From Candidatus Altimarinota bacterium (lineage in GTDB: Bacteria > Patescibacteriota > Gracilibacteria > UBA1369), in NCBI GenBank assembly GCA_963677745.1, contig OY782391.1, forward strand, positions 1,271,836 through 1,335,835: a DNA stretch of 64,000 nucleotides, given 5' to 3'. The notes under the pieces were generated by a model that did no database searches, was not told where the DNA came from, and was given only the letters and a program-made list of their open reading frames with translations. Positions 1-10,084 of this stretch are shown here, piece after piece (position 1 is the first letter of the stretch; every line of letters begins with the position of its first letter). The translations under genes were made by a program, and so were the position numbers.

Positions 1-1
1 G

Positions 2-130
2 GTCTTGATTTATGGAGCCTTTGCCATAGTTTCCACAATAATCAGCGGCCAGTTTGACGCTAATGCGCCGACCACCAACCCCGCTTCCATTGTGGAAGGC
101 CAGGGACAAGTAACACAAACCAATGTCTAA
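2..130 (+). CDS. 3' end of a probable CPR-type pilin-like membrane protein (partial, begins before the window)
   Basis: Frame 2 reads VLIYGAFAIVSTIISGQFD...TNV-TAA. This resembles the last helix of the pilin repeats in the next two genes, and the stop overlaps the next ATG. Confidence 0.55.
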   Translation, partial: VLIYGAFAIVSTIISGQFDANAPTTNPASIVEGQGQVTQTNV

Positions 131-1190
131 AACACCCATACATCCGAGTAAAAAAATTGGTCAGACAGTCATGCTGGTCTTAGTGGCGGTCGGACTATTC
201 TGCTCCTCACTGCCTCTGACTCTGGCCGTAGATCCCGCACCCGCTTCCACTGTCACTCCTTCCTCCAGTCAACCCGCCTCCGGTGCCAATTCCACCACCA
301 CGCCCACCGGCGGCATCAGTTCGGTTGTCCGACAGGTCGGGGGGACAACCAGCCTGCCCGACTATGGCAGCGGCCATGCCAGCCAGAATTACCGCCCCGG
401 TGCCTCGCAGCTGACCAGTACGGTTTATTATATTCTGGACTTTTTTAAGTACATTTTAGGCGGTATCGCCGTCCTGATGATAGTAATTTCGGGCATCAAA
501 CTGATTTTGTCTGCCCGCAGCGTCCAGGATGTGATGAGCCGCGAGAAGGAAACTCTCCGTTTTGCCTTTTCCGGCCTGCTCATAATCTTACTGGCCGATT
601 CCATTATTCGTAATGTCTTTTTCGGAGAAGAAGGCGAAATTTACCGTACGGGCACGGATATGACAATGGCCGCCACACAGGGGGAAAAACTGGCCCTGGG
701 CGTGACCGGCATGCTCAGAATATTTATCCCTTCCATCGCTATTCTTTTCTTTGTCATCGCCGCTTATCGGTTGATGATTTCGCGTGGAGAGCCGGAAGCC
801 CAGAAAAAAGCCCAGACCCAGATAACCTGGTCTATTATCGGTATAATTCTGGCAGGACTTTCCGAAATTGTGGTCTTCCAGATTCTTTTTCCCAAGCAGG
901 GTACCACCATTCCCGATGCCCAGGCTTTTGCCCGCCAAATGGTGACCATGACCAACTGGGTGACGGGCTTCATATCGACCATCGCAGTCACCATGCTGAT
1001 TTACGCAGGTTATCTCTATGTCACTTCCTTGGGAGGCGAGGGGATCCAGAAGGCCAAAACTGTCATGATTGGAGCGATTGTCGGCTTGCTGATATCAATG
1101 GCTGCCTTTGGACTGGTTAATACTTTCGTAAAATTGGAACCACTTACCAGTAGCACCACAACCCAGGAAATACCCGTTCCCACCGGCTAA
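123..1190 (+). CDS. Multi-repeat TrbC/VirB2-like (CPR) pilin membrane protein
   Basis: Signal peptide and S/T-rich linker, then three helix-pair units (IAVLMIVISG..., IAILFFVIAAY...KKAQTQITWSIIG, IAVTMLIYAGY...KAKTVMIGAIVGLLI). Confidence 0.7.
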   Translation: MSKTPIHPSKKIGQTVMLVLVAVGLFCSSLPLTLAVDPAPASTVTPSSSQPASGANSTTTPTGGISSVVRQVGGTTSLPDYGSGHASQNYRPGASQLTSTVYYILDFFKYILGGIAVLMIVISGIKLILSARSVQDVMSREKETLRFAFSGLLIILLADSIIRNVFFGEEGEIYRTGTDMTMAATQGEKLALGVTGMLRIFIPSIAILFFVIAAYRLMISRGEPEAQKKAQTQITWSIIGIILAGLSEIVVFQILFPKQGTTIPDAQAFARQMVTMTNWVTGFISTIAVTMLIYAGYLYVTSLGGEGIQKAKTVMIGAIVGLLISMAAFGLVNTFVKLEPLTSSTTTQEIPVPTG

Positions 1191-1323
1191 ACGGCTTAAA
1201 ACAGAATAAAAGTTTGCAGTAGTCAACAGAATTTCCCGCCATCAACTTGGAAACGCCTCTTCCATTTTGGTCCTTTTGGCTGAAACATGGTATAATTTAA
1301 AGATTCAAATTACACCAAACACT

Positions 1324-4300
1324 ATGTTTGCCAACAAAAACAAAAAACTCGCCGTGGCTCTACTGGGACTGATCTTCCTGGTGCAGGGAATTACCATGAT
1401 CTTTCCTTCCACCGCTCGGGCGGACTCCGGCCAGGACTTTCTGCAATTTATGGGCTGTGACGACAAGAACGGCGACGGCAGTCTGAATTTCTTTGATGAC
1501 TGTACGTCCGGAGGAAGCACTCCCGGCCAGGTCACCTCTTTCATTACCTTCAAAGGAGATCTTACTCCGCCCAACACGGAAGGCTATGCTGCCGGACTGA
1601 CTCAGGCTACGGACGCCCGTACTTTCATACTGCGTGTGACCAACTTCGCCCTGGGTTTTCTGGGTCTGATTGCCGTTTTGATTGTAATCTATGGCGGCTT
1701 TTTGTCCGTCATATCCGCCGGTGACGCCGAAAAGGCCAAAAAAGGCCGGAGTGCTATTACTTATGCCGCAATTGGTCTGTTGCTGGTGATGGGATCTTTT
1801 GCCTTAGTCAACACGATCCTGCTGGCTCCCGGAGGAAAAGGGGAAACCAGCGGCGCCCAGTCCGCTCTCAACAACAGTACAATCCGCGGAGTGGCAGGAG
1901 CTCAGCGTTTCAATTATCTGGCTTCCCAGATCGAGGACATCATGGTTCAGGTCTACAAAAGTTATCAATTCCACCTGTCCGCCAAACAACAGCTCGAAAA
2001 TGGACAGGCCGCCATCAACTCCTATAACGAATCAAGCTGCGTAGTCCCGATGAGCAGCTGCGTCAGCGCCTTCAGAACACTTACCACTAGTCAGGTAATA
2101 ATTCTGCGCAACCTGGTCAATCTGCCCGACGCCAACGTCAAATTCAATACGAACATGACCAAACTGATCAATGACATCAATACTTTGATCAACAACGGTG
2201 GTGACGGAGCCAAAAGTCTCTCGGCCATCGCCGCCTATAGTCTGGCCGAAGGCTGCGATGATTCGGAAAACACTTTTGCCGATACCAACCCCTGCAAAGA
2301 CAGCCAGAAACAGAAAATTATTAATGATATAAACGTTTTAAAGGGAGCGATAACCGCAAAAATCGCCGGAGCAGGTGCCTTCCTTTCCGAAAGTTACAAA
2401 ATTGACTTGGACTCGGCTGCCCAGAAAACAGCTGCTGTCTATCAGACCGTCAAAGGTCTCGCTAGTAACATGATAGGTCAAAAATACTTTACGGATCTCA
2501 TTAAAGTTTTTGTGGGAAATCAAAGTGCGACTGATGTGACGACAGCCTTTGCGGGTAGTGCGTACGAGGCGGAATGGAAGTCCATGACTCCTTTTCTTAA
2601 GATTGATGGAATTAACAACAGTGCTTCTCTCTCCACTCTCGGACAGGACAACATCAAATTGATTTTAAAGAGCTTGATGGAAATCAGGTCACTTTTGACC
2701 AATCTGCAGTTTGTGAATGCCATCGTCAGCGCGGATGTGGTCCAGGGTAACGCACCATTGATCGTCAATTTCTCCAGCGTTGGATCCACCGATCCTTCCG
2801 GTTTCACTATTACAGATTCACAGATCAAATGGGATTTGAACGGCGACGGAGTATTCTCCGGAGACAACGGTGCCTTATCCGCCACTTCCGGCAGCAAAGA
2901 GGAAGGGTACATGAACTGTCCTGAAAACCTCAAGGCTACCGCCAGCTGTATCTTCACCAAAGCCGGTACCTACCGGGTAACTCTCAAGATCAAACCAAAA
3001 AGCGATCCCAAGGCTTTGGATCCTGCTACAGGTCTCAGCTGGGAACAGGAGGTTGCTCCTGGAATTTCCTATATCGACGTTCTGGTCAATCCTCCCGCCA
3101 CCAAGATCAACCTGGAGGTTGGTCCCAAGTCCGGTCCGATGCGTACCATCATTAAGTACAGTGAAACTACCGGTACTATTCAGGAGGATCATGACAAAAT
3201 TTATTTTACTCTGGCGGAAGCAAAGGCAGGTTTGAAATTTGATGCCACCAAGTCCACTTTTTCCGACGGGTCCACCTCCATTAATGGAGACATAAATACA
3301 AAAGTACGTTGGAATTTCGGGGTCCCTTCTCCCAACAACGATATTTATCAGGTGGCTTCCGATGGGAGTCTGGCACCTTTGGAACAGGCTTATAGCGCCG
3401 TGGGCAGTTATCAGGTCAGATTCGAGGTTATGGACAAGAACGGTGTCATTGACCGCAAGATCTTCACAGTAGTTATTTCCAACGTGGCTCCGCGTATTAC
3501 CAATCCGCCGGTCAGCGGGGAAGTAAACAAGGAAATTATTTTTGACGGATCGAATTCCACCAGCAGCGGCGGACCAATGATTTTCAATTGGAGTATTGAG
3601 AAAATCCCCGTCGGACAATTGACGGCCTATATCCGGTCTTCAGACAACTGGGTTGCGCGTAGCGCTCATGCGGCTTTGGTGGATCCAAACAAAACTCTTA
3701 GTGAGGCCGGGGCAGTCAGTGCGGCGGCCAGTCAGGTTTTACCGGTCAAGACGCTGGAACCCAGCAAACGCTCGGAAAGCAACTCTTATTATGACTGCAG
3801 CATGCCCGAAGGGAAAGACGACACACTGAAATGCAACTTTAAAAAAGCAGGAACCTACAAAGTGACGCTCTATCTGGATGACGACGGTGAAGCACAGGAT
3901 GAATCTACCATCATCACGATCAATTCCACTTCTCCAACCGCTTCCTTCCGGGCAACCAGAATAACCGATGCTTCCCCGGCACTTTATCGTCTGGATGGAA
4001 GTAATTTCAGTTTTGATCCGGATGAGAAAGATAATTCCAATCTGGAGTACAGCTGGGAATTCAATCCCAACAATTGCGTATTGGTTGGCTTTGCAGACGA
4101 GAATACGGAAGCCGATCTTACCAATGCCTACTCGGCCCAGACCCCCTGTGAAAGCCTAAAACCTTTCAGTGCTAAGAGTGGACAGCCTGTGGTCAAATTC
4201 ACGCAGAAAGGGAATTTCACGGTAAGTCTGGTAGTCAGAATGATTGATGAGCCGAATCTGATCTCAGAATCATATGAACAAACACTGGTAATTGACAATA

Positions 4301-6117
4301 TTCTGGATGTGACCTGGGGCGAAATGAAACCCAGTAACGTTTTACAGGTGACAGGAGGCGTTGCCGGTGCGGATCAGTTGCCGTCTGAGGTCAACACTAC
4401 TCCGGTTGCCCCCATAACTTTCATCTTCAACAGTTCCCAGGCGATCAGTTACGATCTGGACTTCGGCGACGGAATCAATGAAAGCGGCGAAATGTCTATG
4501 GAAATTCCAAAGGAGGTGGTGCATCAGTATACGGCCACAGGTAAATACACCGCCAAACTAAGCGTCTTTGACGCGGATGATGTAGAAAATTCCATATCCA
4601 GAAAAATCTTTATCGGTGACGGAAAATCTCCGGTATCGATAGTAACAACCCTGGTCGACGGTTCGGAAGTGGAACCGCAGGATCTGGAGATGGAGGACGG
4701 TAAAACTCTCGAAAACGTGGTCGTGGTCAACCGTAAAAACAACCTTACTTTTGATGCCGTAAAATCTCTGAATACCGACGGCACTTCCCGCCGGCTCAAG
4801 TATTCCTGGAATATCAACAACAACGAAAAGCAATCTACCAACAAACAGATTGCCTATAATTTCAGCCAGATTTCAGAGAACGGCCAACCCTATCCGGTAA
4901 AACTGAAAGTAACCAATGAAAAAGATGCCACCCAGGTCAGTGAGGATTCCGTAAACATTCTGGTGGTAGGGGAGCAGCCGACACTTCGCTCTCTCACAGC
5001 TGTACCGGACGGCCTGGAACAAACAACTCCGGTCAATGTTAAATTGACTGCGGTCGGCGCACAGGATACCGACGGACAAATTGTTCAATACAAATGGTGG
5101 TATTATCCGGCCAACAACCCGCCATCTTCGGACGAGCGGCTCGGCCTGCAAATTACAGCTGTTCCAACTGCTGTCCTGACTATCGGGACACGTGGAATAG
5201 AAGGAGAAAAACCAACCTATAAATTCGGTGTGGAAATGACCGATAACGATAACCTGACGGTTTCCACCGACAGCCAGAACGATGACCAGAAATTAAATCT
5301 GATCGCACCGCAGGTGCAGGTTACCAATGGCCCAAATAAAGCTCCGGTAGCCAGATTTACTGTAGATAGGACCTCAGTACAGGTGGGAGAAATGGTAAAT
5401 TACGCCTCCTCTTCGTTTGATCCGGATACCGGCGGCGGAATCAAAGAATACAAATGGGATTTCGGTGACGGCAGCAAAGGTGAAAACAAAGCCAGTGTCA
5501 GTCATGCGTATCAGAAAGCCAATGTTGACGGATACAAAGTCAAGCTGACGGTGGTCGACAGTAACTCCAGCGAAGCCACCTCTGATCCTGTTAAAATCTA
5601 TGTCGATGCGCAGGCCGAACCACCCGTGGCCAGTTTCACCTCACAGCAGCAAAGCGGTGCCAAAACGGTCAAGTTTACCAACACCTCTACTGCCGATGAA
5701 GCGGCCGGAGCAGCCATTAAAAAATACTCCTGGGATTTTGACGTTAGCCTGGACTCCAACGGTGACGGCAAAAAAGACAATGATATTGATTCCGGGGAAT
5801 CCAATCCCACTTACACTTATCCCAATTATGGCATATACAGAGCCAAGCTGACCGTGGAAGACAACCAGGGGCAGGTACGTTCCATCACCAATTTCGTAAA
5901 CGTAAAACCGGCGGTGCCCGCCACTGTCAGCAGCACCGGAGGAGGGGTGAGAATAGCCCAGGGGGAATTCGATTCGGCCGTCAAATCTGCCGGAGCCAAT
6001 CTCTTCGAAGCCAGTCACAAAGTTGACACAGGATTACTTGCCGGAAGTGTTGGAGCTTATGCTATACTCTGGTTAATTTCACAAAGAAAACAAAAAGCCA
6101 CTACCAAAAATAAATAG
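1324..6117 (+). CDS. Giant pilin-PKD domain fusion surface protein
   Basis: Likely start MFANKNKK with a signal peptide, a pilin unit (GLIAVLIVIYGG...KKGRSAITYAAIGLLLV), many PKD motifs (WDLNGDG, DFGDG, YKWDFGDG, YSWDFD) and a C-terminal hydrophobic anchor with a basic tail. The ORF track starts at 1267. Confidence 0.8.
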   Translation: MFANKNKKLAVALLGLIFLVQGITMIFPSTARADSGQDFLQFMGCDDKNGDGSLNFFDDCTSGGSTPGQVTSFITFKGDLTPPNTEGYAAGLTQATDARTFILRVTNFALGFLGLIAVLIVIYGGFLSVISAGDAEKAKKGRSAITYAAIGLLLVMGSFALVNTILLAPGGKGETSGAQSALNNSTIRGVAGAQRFNYLASQIEDIMVQVYKSYQFHLSAKQQLENGQAAINSYNESSCVVPMSSCVSAFRTLTTSQVIILRNLVNLPDANVKFNTNMTKLINDINTLINNGGDGAKSLSAIAAYSLAEGCDDSENTFADTNPCKDSQKQKIINDINVLKGAITAKIAGAGAFLSESYKIDLDSAAQKTAAVYQTVKGLASNMIGQKYFTDLIKVFVGNQSATDVTTAFAGSAYEAEWKSMTPFLKIDGINNSASLSTLGQDNIKLILKSLMEIRSLLTNLQFVNAIVSADVVQGNAPLIVNFSSVGSTDPSGFTITDSQIKWDLNGDGVFSGDNGALSATSGSKEEGYMNCPENLKATASCIFTKAGTYRVTLKIKPKSDPKALDPATGLSWEQEVAPGISYIDVLVNPPATKINLEVGPKSGPMRTIIKYSETTGTIQEDHDKIYFTLAEAKAGLKFDATKSTFSDGSTSINGDINTKVRWNFGVPSPNNDIYQVASDGSLAPLEQAYSAVGSYQVRFEVMDKNGVIDRKIFTVVISNVAPRITNPPVSGEVNKEIIFDGSNSTSSGGPMIFNWSIEKIPVGQLTAYIRSSDNWVARSAHAALVDPNKTLSEAGAVSAAASQVLPVKTLEPSKRSESNSYYDCSMPEGKDDTLKCNFKKAGTYKVTLYLDDDGEAQDESTIITINSTSPTASFRATRITDASPALYRLDGSNFSFDPDEKDNSNLEYSWEFNPNNCVLVGFADENTEADLTNAYSAQTPCESLKPFSAKSGQPVVKFTQKGNFTVSLVVRMIDEPNLISESYEQTLVIDNILDVTWGEMKPSNVLQVTGGVAGADQLPSEVNTTPVAPITFIFNSSQAISYDLDFGDGINESGEMSMEIPKEVVHQYTATGKYTAKLSVFDADDVENSISRKIFIGDGKSPVSIVTTLVDGSEVEPQDLEMEDGKTLENVVVVNRKNNLTFDAVKSLNTDGTSRRLKYSWNINNNEKQSTNKQIAYNFSQISENGQPYPVKLKVTNEKDATQVSEDSVNILVVGEQPTLRSLTAVPDGLEQTTPVNVKLTAVGAQDTDGQIVQYKWWYYPANNPPSSDERLGLQITAVPTAVLTIGTRGIEGEKPTYKFGVEMTDNDNLTVSTDSQNDDQKLNLIAPQVQVTNGPNKAPVARFTVDRTSVQVGEMVNYASSSFDPDTGGGIKEYKWDFGDGSKGENKASVSHAYQKANVDGYKVKLTVVDSNSSEATSDPVKIYVDAQAEPPVASFTSQQQSGAKTVKFTNTSTADEAAGAAIKKYSWDFDVSLDSNGDGKKDNDIDSGESNPTYTYPNYGIYRAKLTVEDNQGQVRSITNFVNVKPAVPATVSSTGGGVRIAQGEFDSAVKSAGANLFEASHKVDTGLLAGSVGAYAILWLISQRKQKATTKNK

Positions 6118-6123
6118 ACCAAT

Positions 6124-8766
6124 ATGGAAAATACCAATCCCAACAACACGGCTGCAACACAGGGTTCTGCTCCCACTCCCGGACAGGCTATTCCGATGCC
6201 GGCTCCCAGCCAGACACCTGCACCCGCCCCAACTCCAGTACCTGCCCCGACTCCTGCTCCTGCTACTGCTCCCGCCACTCCGGCCGCCGTACCGGTGGCT
6301 CCAGTGGTTCAGCCAGCTCCAGTCGCCCCGGCTGCGCAACCAGCCGCTCCAGCCGCAACTACAACTCCAGCTCCCACCACTACTGTATCCCAGCCGGTTC
6401 CCGTTGTTCAACCCGCCGCGCCCGTTTCCCAGCCGGTTCAAAACGTCCCGACAGTTGCTCAGCCAGCCGTACAACCATCCGTACAGCCATCCATACAACA
6501 GGTGGCTCCCCAACAGGTCAGGATGCAACAACCCACAGTCATGCCGCAGGGGATTCCTGCCGGCCAGCCAATGCAAAATCAGCAGTCGTTTTATCAGAAC
6601 CGTCCGAACCCTCAACAGATGCAACAGATACCTCTGCAGGGACAGCCGCAGCAGCCGGGTCAACCTGTAGCAGGCCAGCCTGGACAACCGGGTCGTCCCG
6701 TGCCCAGACAACTGGCCGGCCAACCCGGCGGACCCAACCCCAAGAAACTTTTGCTGGGATGCCTGGGATTTGTAGGCTTTTCCATAGTATTATTTATAAT
6801 CTTTGTAGTCGCTTATGTCAGCCAGACCACGGCTGCCGGTGAAAATGCTTTGGCCTCGTCGCTGGGCGTAAATCCCGCGGAATTTACCAACACTTTGATT
6901 CTGCTGACCAACCTGATTTTCGGAGCGGTAACGATGATTGTCTTCTTTGTGGCGGTATTCGGACTGTTCAGAGGGGCGATGGCTCCCAAGACCGATAAAC
7001 CGGCCAGATCCAAAGGATTCAAACAGGCGGGGATTTCCGGTGCGATTTTACTGTTGGTAATTTTTATCTGGGTGATAGTTTTCATTTACCTTAACGGCAA
7101 AAAGATCGATATCCCTCAAAACCAGCAGCAAACAGTCGGCTTCACCACGGAACCCGAGACCACTACCCGTCTGACCGCCCCGATTGATATTAAATTTGAT
7201 GCTTCCAAACTGGTAGTTCCGAAAACCATTGAGCTGACTTTCTATCAGTGGGATTTCGGTGACGGGTCGGCTTCGACTGCACCGATTGTGACCCATACTT
7301 ACCGTGAAGTGGGACAATATCCCGTCAAACTTACGGTCAGCGGCATCAACAAGAATAACAATGAAACGGTTACCGAAACTTACGACAAACTGGTTACGGT
7401 AATTGATGTAAAAATCAATGCTGATTTTACTTACACGCCGGAAACGGGACCCGCTCCGCTCAAAGTTTCTTTTGACGCATCCGGATCAAGTTCCCCGGCC
7501 GGAGAAATCACCACCTATGCCTGGGATTTCAAAGGACAGAATAACTTCGCTGATGCCGATGGCCAAACGGCTGAATATACTTTCAATGGATCGGGAGATT
7601 ATGACGTGAAGTTGAGAGTGACCGACAATACCGGCAAGGACGCCATTGTCACCAAAACAATTACGGTCGGAGGTCCCGATACTCCGGTTGCTGTTATTGA
7701 TATTCCCACAACTGACGGAAAATATTATGTCGGTAAACAAATGACTTTTCTCGGTGAAAAATCAACCTCTCCAAGTGGAGCAGTCACCAAATATGAATGG
7801 GACTTCGGTGATGAAACCCCCAAGGCCAATACCCGCACGGCCACTCATACTTATAAATCCGGCGGGCTATATGAGGTGACCTTAAAAGTCACCGATGAAG
7901 CCGGAAAATCTGGAATCGCCGCACAAAAAATTAACGTTGGCATGGAGGAACAGCCTCCGGTAGCCGTAATTTCCACCGATCCACCGCTTGGCAAAAACGA
8001 GAAATCGCTCAGCGGACAGGCCCCGTTCGAAGTGGCTTTTGATGCCGGACAATCCACGGATCCCAATGAAAATCTGGTTGAATTTAAATGGGACTTTGAT
8101 GGAGACGGCAAGATAGACGCCAATGGCGATGCGGTTTCCTATATTTTCAAAATACCCGGTTCCTACAACACCAATCTTACAGCGGTCGATTCGGCCGGAC
8201 TGGAATCAAGCAGCACACTGGTCATCAAGGTCGCCGCCCAGGATCTGACTGCCCGTCTGACCGCCGACAAACTGGAAGGTACACAGCCACTGGCCGTAAC
8301 TTTCGATGCCTCCAGTTCCAGCTATCCTGACGGACAGATTACCAGTTATGAATGGGATTTTGGCGACGGTTCACCCAAAATGATCGGTGCCTCCCAGGTC
8401 AGCTACAAATATTCGGCGATTGGAACCTTTAATGCCAGCGTAGTGGCCAAGGCTTCCGACGGCAAGACGGACAAAGCGGAAATTGTCATCAACGTGCGCC
8501 CTGTCTCGCTGCAATCCTGTTTCACCCCTTCAGCCGAGGAAGGCCCCGCCCCCTTGACCATTGAACTCGATCCGCGCTGCTCACAGGGCGCCGTGGCCAA
8601 GTACCTTTGGGATTTTGGTGACGGAGAAACCTCACGCACCAGAAAACCGACTCACACCTTTGCCAAACCCGGATCGTATCAGGTAAGCTTGGAAGTGACT
8701 GATAACCAGAATGTTATCAGCACCTTTTCCAAAAACATCCTGGTTACCGGTGAGGTCCAACCGTAA
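6124..8766 (+). CDS. Membrane-anchored PKD-repeat protein with N-terminal Pro/Ala/Gln-rich region
   Basis: About 200 aa PAQ-rich N-terminus, three TM segments, and six W-D-F PKD motifs (YQWDFGDG, YAWDFKG, YEWDFGDE, FKWDFDGDG, YEWDFGDG, YLWDFGDG). Confidence 0.85.
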   Translation: MENTNPNNTAATQGSAPTPGQAIPMPAPSQTPAPAPTPVPAPTPAPATAPATPAAVPVAPVVQPAPVAPAAQPAAPAATTTPAPTTTVSQPVPVVQPAAPVSQPVQNVPTVAQPAVQPSVQPSIQQVAPQQVRMQQPTVMPQGIPAGQPMQNQQSFYQNRPNPQQMQQIPLQGQPQQPGQPVAGQPGQPGRPVPRQLAGQPGGPNPKKLLLGCLGFVGFSIVLFIIFVVAYVSQTTAAGENALASSLGVNPAEFTNTLILLTNLIFGAVTMIVFFVAVFGLFRGAMAPKTDKPARSKGFKQAGISGAILLLVIFIWVIVFIYLNGKKIDIPQNQQQTVGFTTEPETTTRLTAPIDIKFDASKLVVPKTIELTFYQWDFGDGSASTAPIVTHTYREVGQYPVKLTVSGINKNNNETVTETYDKLVTVIDVKINADFTYTPETGPAPLKVSFDASGSSSPAGEITTYAWDFKGQNNFADADGQTAEYTFNGSGDYDVKLRVTDNTGKDAIVTKTITVGGPDTPVAVIDIPTTDGKYYVGKQMTFLGEKSTSPSGAVTKYEWDFGDETPKANTRTATHTYKSGGLYEVTLKVTDEAGKSGIAAQKINVGMEEQPPVAVISTDPPLGKNEKSLSGQAPFEVAFDAGQSTDPNENLVEFKWDFDGDGKIDANGDAVSYIFKIPGSYNTNLTAVDSAGLESSSTLVIKVAAQDLTARLTADKLEGTQPLAVTFDASSSSYPDGQITSYEWDFGDGSPKMIGASQVSYKYSAIGTFNASVVAKASDGKTDKAEIVINVRPVSLQSCFTPSAEEGPAPLTIELDPRCSQGAVAKYLWDFGDGETSRTRKPTHTFAKPGSYQVSLEVTDNQNVISTFSKNILVTGEVQP

Positions 8767-8799
8767 AACAATCAATATTCCACCTAAAATACCGAATAC

Positions 8800-8901
8800 A
8801 TGAAACCAAGAAACAAGAAAAAAATGGCCAAAATATTTGCGGTAGTAGTAATGATATTAATGATCGGTCAGGTTTTGCTGCCGCTTTTGACCCAGAAATA
8901 A
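8800..8901 (+). CDS. Small 33-aa single-TM protein (DUF4044-like architecture)
   Basis: Translated by hand as MKPRNKKKMAKIFAVVVMILMIGQVLLPLLTQK*. Basic N-terminus plus one hydrophobic helix; too short for the ORF track. Confidence 0.55.
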   Translation: MKPRNKKKMAKIFAVVVMILMIGQVLLPLLTQK

Positions 8902-8932
8902 CATAATGCGGAGACAGCCGTACTCCGGCTGA

Positions 8933-8960
8933 TTGACAATCAATTTCTATTTGTTAAATT
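8933..8960 (+). promoter_or_regulatory. sigma70-type promoter for tRNA-Gln
   Basis: TTGACA-16 nt-TAAATT with a TG extension, upstream of the tRNA. Confidence 0.55.
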
Positions 8961-8993
8961 AGGTGCGCACTTGAAGTAACTTTCCGATTGCGA

Positions 8994-9068
8994 AGGGGAT
9001 TCGCCAAGTGGTAAGGCACCGCCCTTTGGAGGCGGCATTCGGGGGTTCGAATCCCTCATCCCCTGCCA
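8994..9068 (+). tRNA. tRNA-Gln (anticodon TTG)
   Basis: Acceptor stem AGGGGAT/ATCCCCT, D-loop AAGTGGTAA, anticodon arm CCGCC-CTTTGGA-GGCGG, T-loop GTTCGAATC, encoded CCA. Confidence 0.97.
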
Positions 9069-9072
9069 GAAT

Positions 9073-9870
9073 TCAATATCTTTCGTCCAACTTAATCCAT
9101 TTTCTTTCTTTAATCTTTTTCAAGATCTTAGGAACTAGCTTTGGATCATATTTGAACAGGCGTTCCTGGATATTGTGTTCCCAATCGCTGCCTTCTTTCT
9201 TGGCTTCACTGGCGGCATGTTCCGCTGTAATTGCGGCAATTCCATCGGCAGTCCTGTCCATTAAAGTAGGGAAAGTCCTGTGAAAATTTCTTCTGACACC
9301 TTCGGAAGGGACGTCCTTCCAGGAAACGGCCATCGCCATCCAAAAAGCACTTCTGACTTCAGACATTTTGCCTTTTATCTCTTTCCAGGTTCTGTGCCTC
9401 TCCAGCATATTGGTATATTGCTGAAAACCAGGCCAGTATAACGGTCTGGTTACCATAATGTCAGAAACCAGCCAGGGATCGTCTATCAGTTCCACATGAT
9501 TTTGAGAATAATCATACCGGAGTCCATCCAGATAATTCATACAAAGCCGTAAAATCTGGGTTCTTTCCGGCACTTCAAAATAAGAATAGACATCACCTAT
9601 TGAACTCAAAATTGGTCCAACCCAATCCTGATTGGGGCCACCGCACATAGCTTCCAGGTGAGGTGCAGGATTCACATTTCTGGCTTTCTGAATGTATTCT
9701 GGAAGTTTTAGAATAGCGGCGAAAGCATCCTTGGCAACTAATTCCCGATATCCCTGTATAACAGCTCCCGCTTTATCCTCTGTGGCTAACATCTGTCCCA
9801 TTACTCTTTCCACAGCCTCTGTTCTCTTGGCCTCTTTATGCGCACTTTCAAAATCCAAAATATTTCCCAT
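9073..9870 (-). CDS. Hypothetical protein (265 aa)
   Basis: Long ORF with natural-looking composition, convergent on the tRNA 3' end; no family recognised. Confidence 0.7.
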   Translation of the reverse strand: MGNILDFESAHKEAKRTEAVERVMGQMLATEDKAGAVIQGYRELVAKDAFAAILKLPEYIQKARNVNPAPHLEAMCGGPNQDWVGPILSSIGDVYSYFEVPERTQILRLCMNYLDGLRYDYSQNHVELIDDPWLVSDIMVTRPLYWPGFQQYTNMLERHRTWKEIKGKMSEVRSAFWMAMAVSWKDVPSEGVRRNFHRTFPTLMDRTADGIAAITAEHAASEAKKEGSDWEHNIQERLFKYDPKLVPKILKKIKERKWIKLDERY

Positions 9871-9963
9871 AGTTGATAATTAAAGGGGGAAACTATAACA
9901 CAAAGTTTATAAAAGACAAATTAATACACGGACATTTATACCTGCTGCACAAATCAAACTGAA

Positions 9964-9991
9964 TTGACAGTATAAGGGGAATTCCTATTAT
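9964..9991 (+). promoter_or_regulatory. sigma70-type promoter of the GC-rich orphan gene
   Basis: TTGACA-16 nt-TATTAT. Confidence 0.55.
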
Positions 9992-10084
9992 ATGTCCGGC
10001 CTGGTAATTGCCCATTTCTTTTAAACAAAGGAGGTGACGCACCAGGCAGAACCTCTATCGCAGAGCTTCAAGGAGGAGGAGAAC

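Noticed and set aside
6150-6740. Repetitive DNA here, at 24330-24830 and at 47245-47335 as CRISPR arrays or tandem repeats
   Set aside because: These are imperfect codon-level repeats of Pro/Ala/Gln/Gly-rich protein linkers. There is no fixed repeat-spacer period and no cas genes.
9008-9283. ORF overlapping tRNA-Gln (likewise 57205-57462 over tRNA-Arg)
   Set aside because: These are spurious translations of tRNA genes and antisense sequence.
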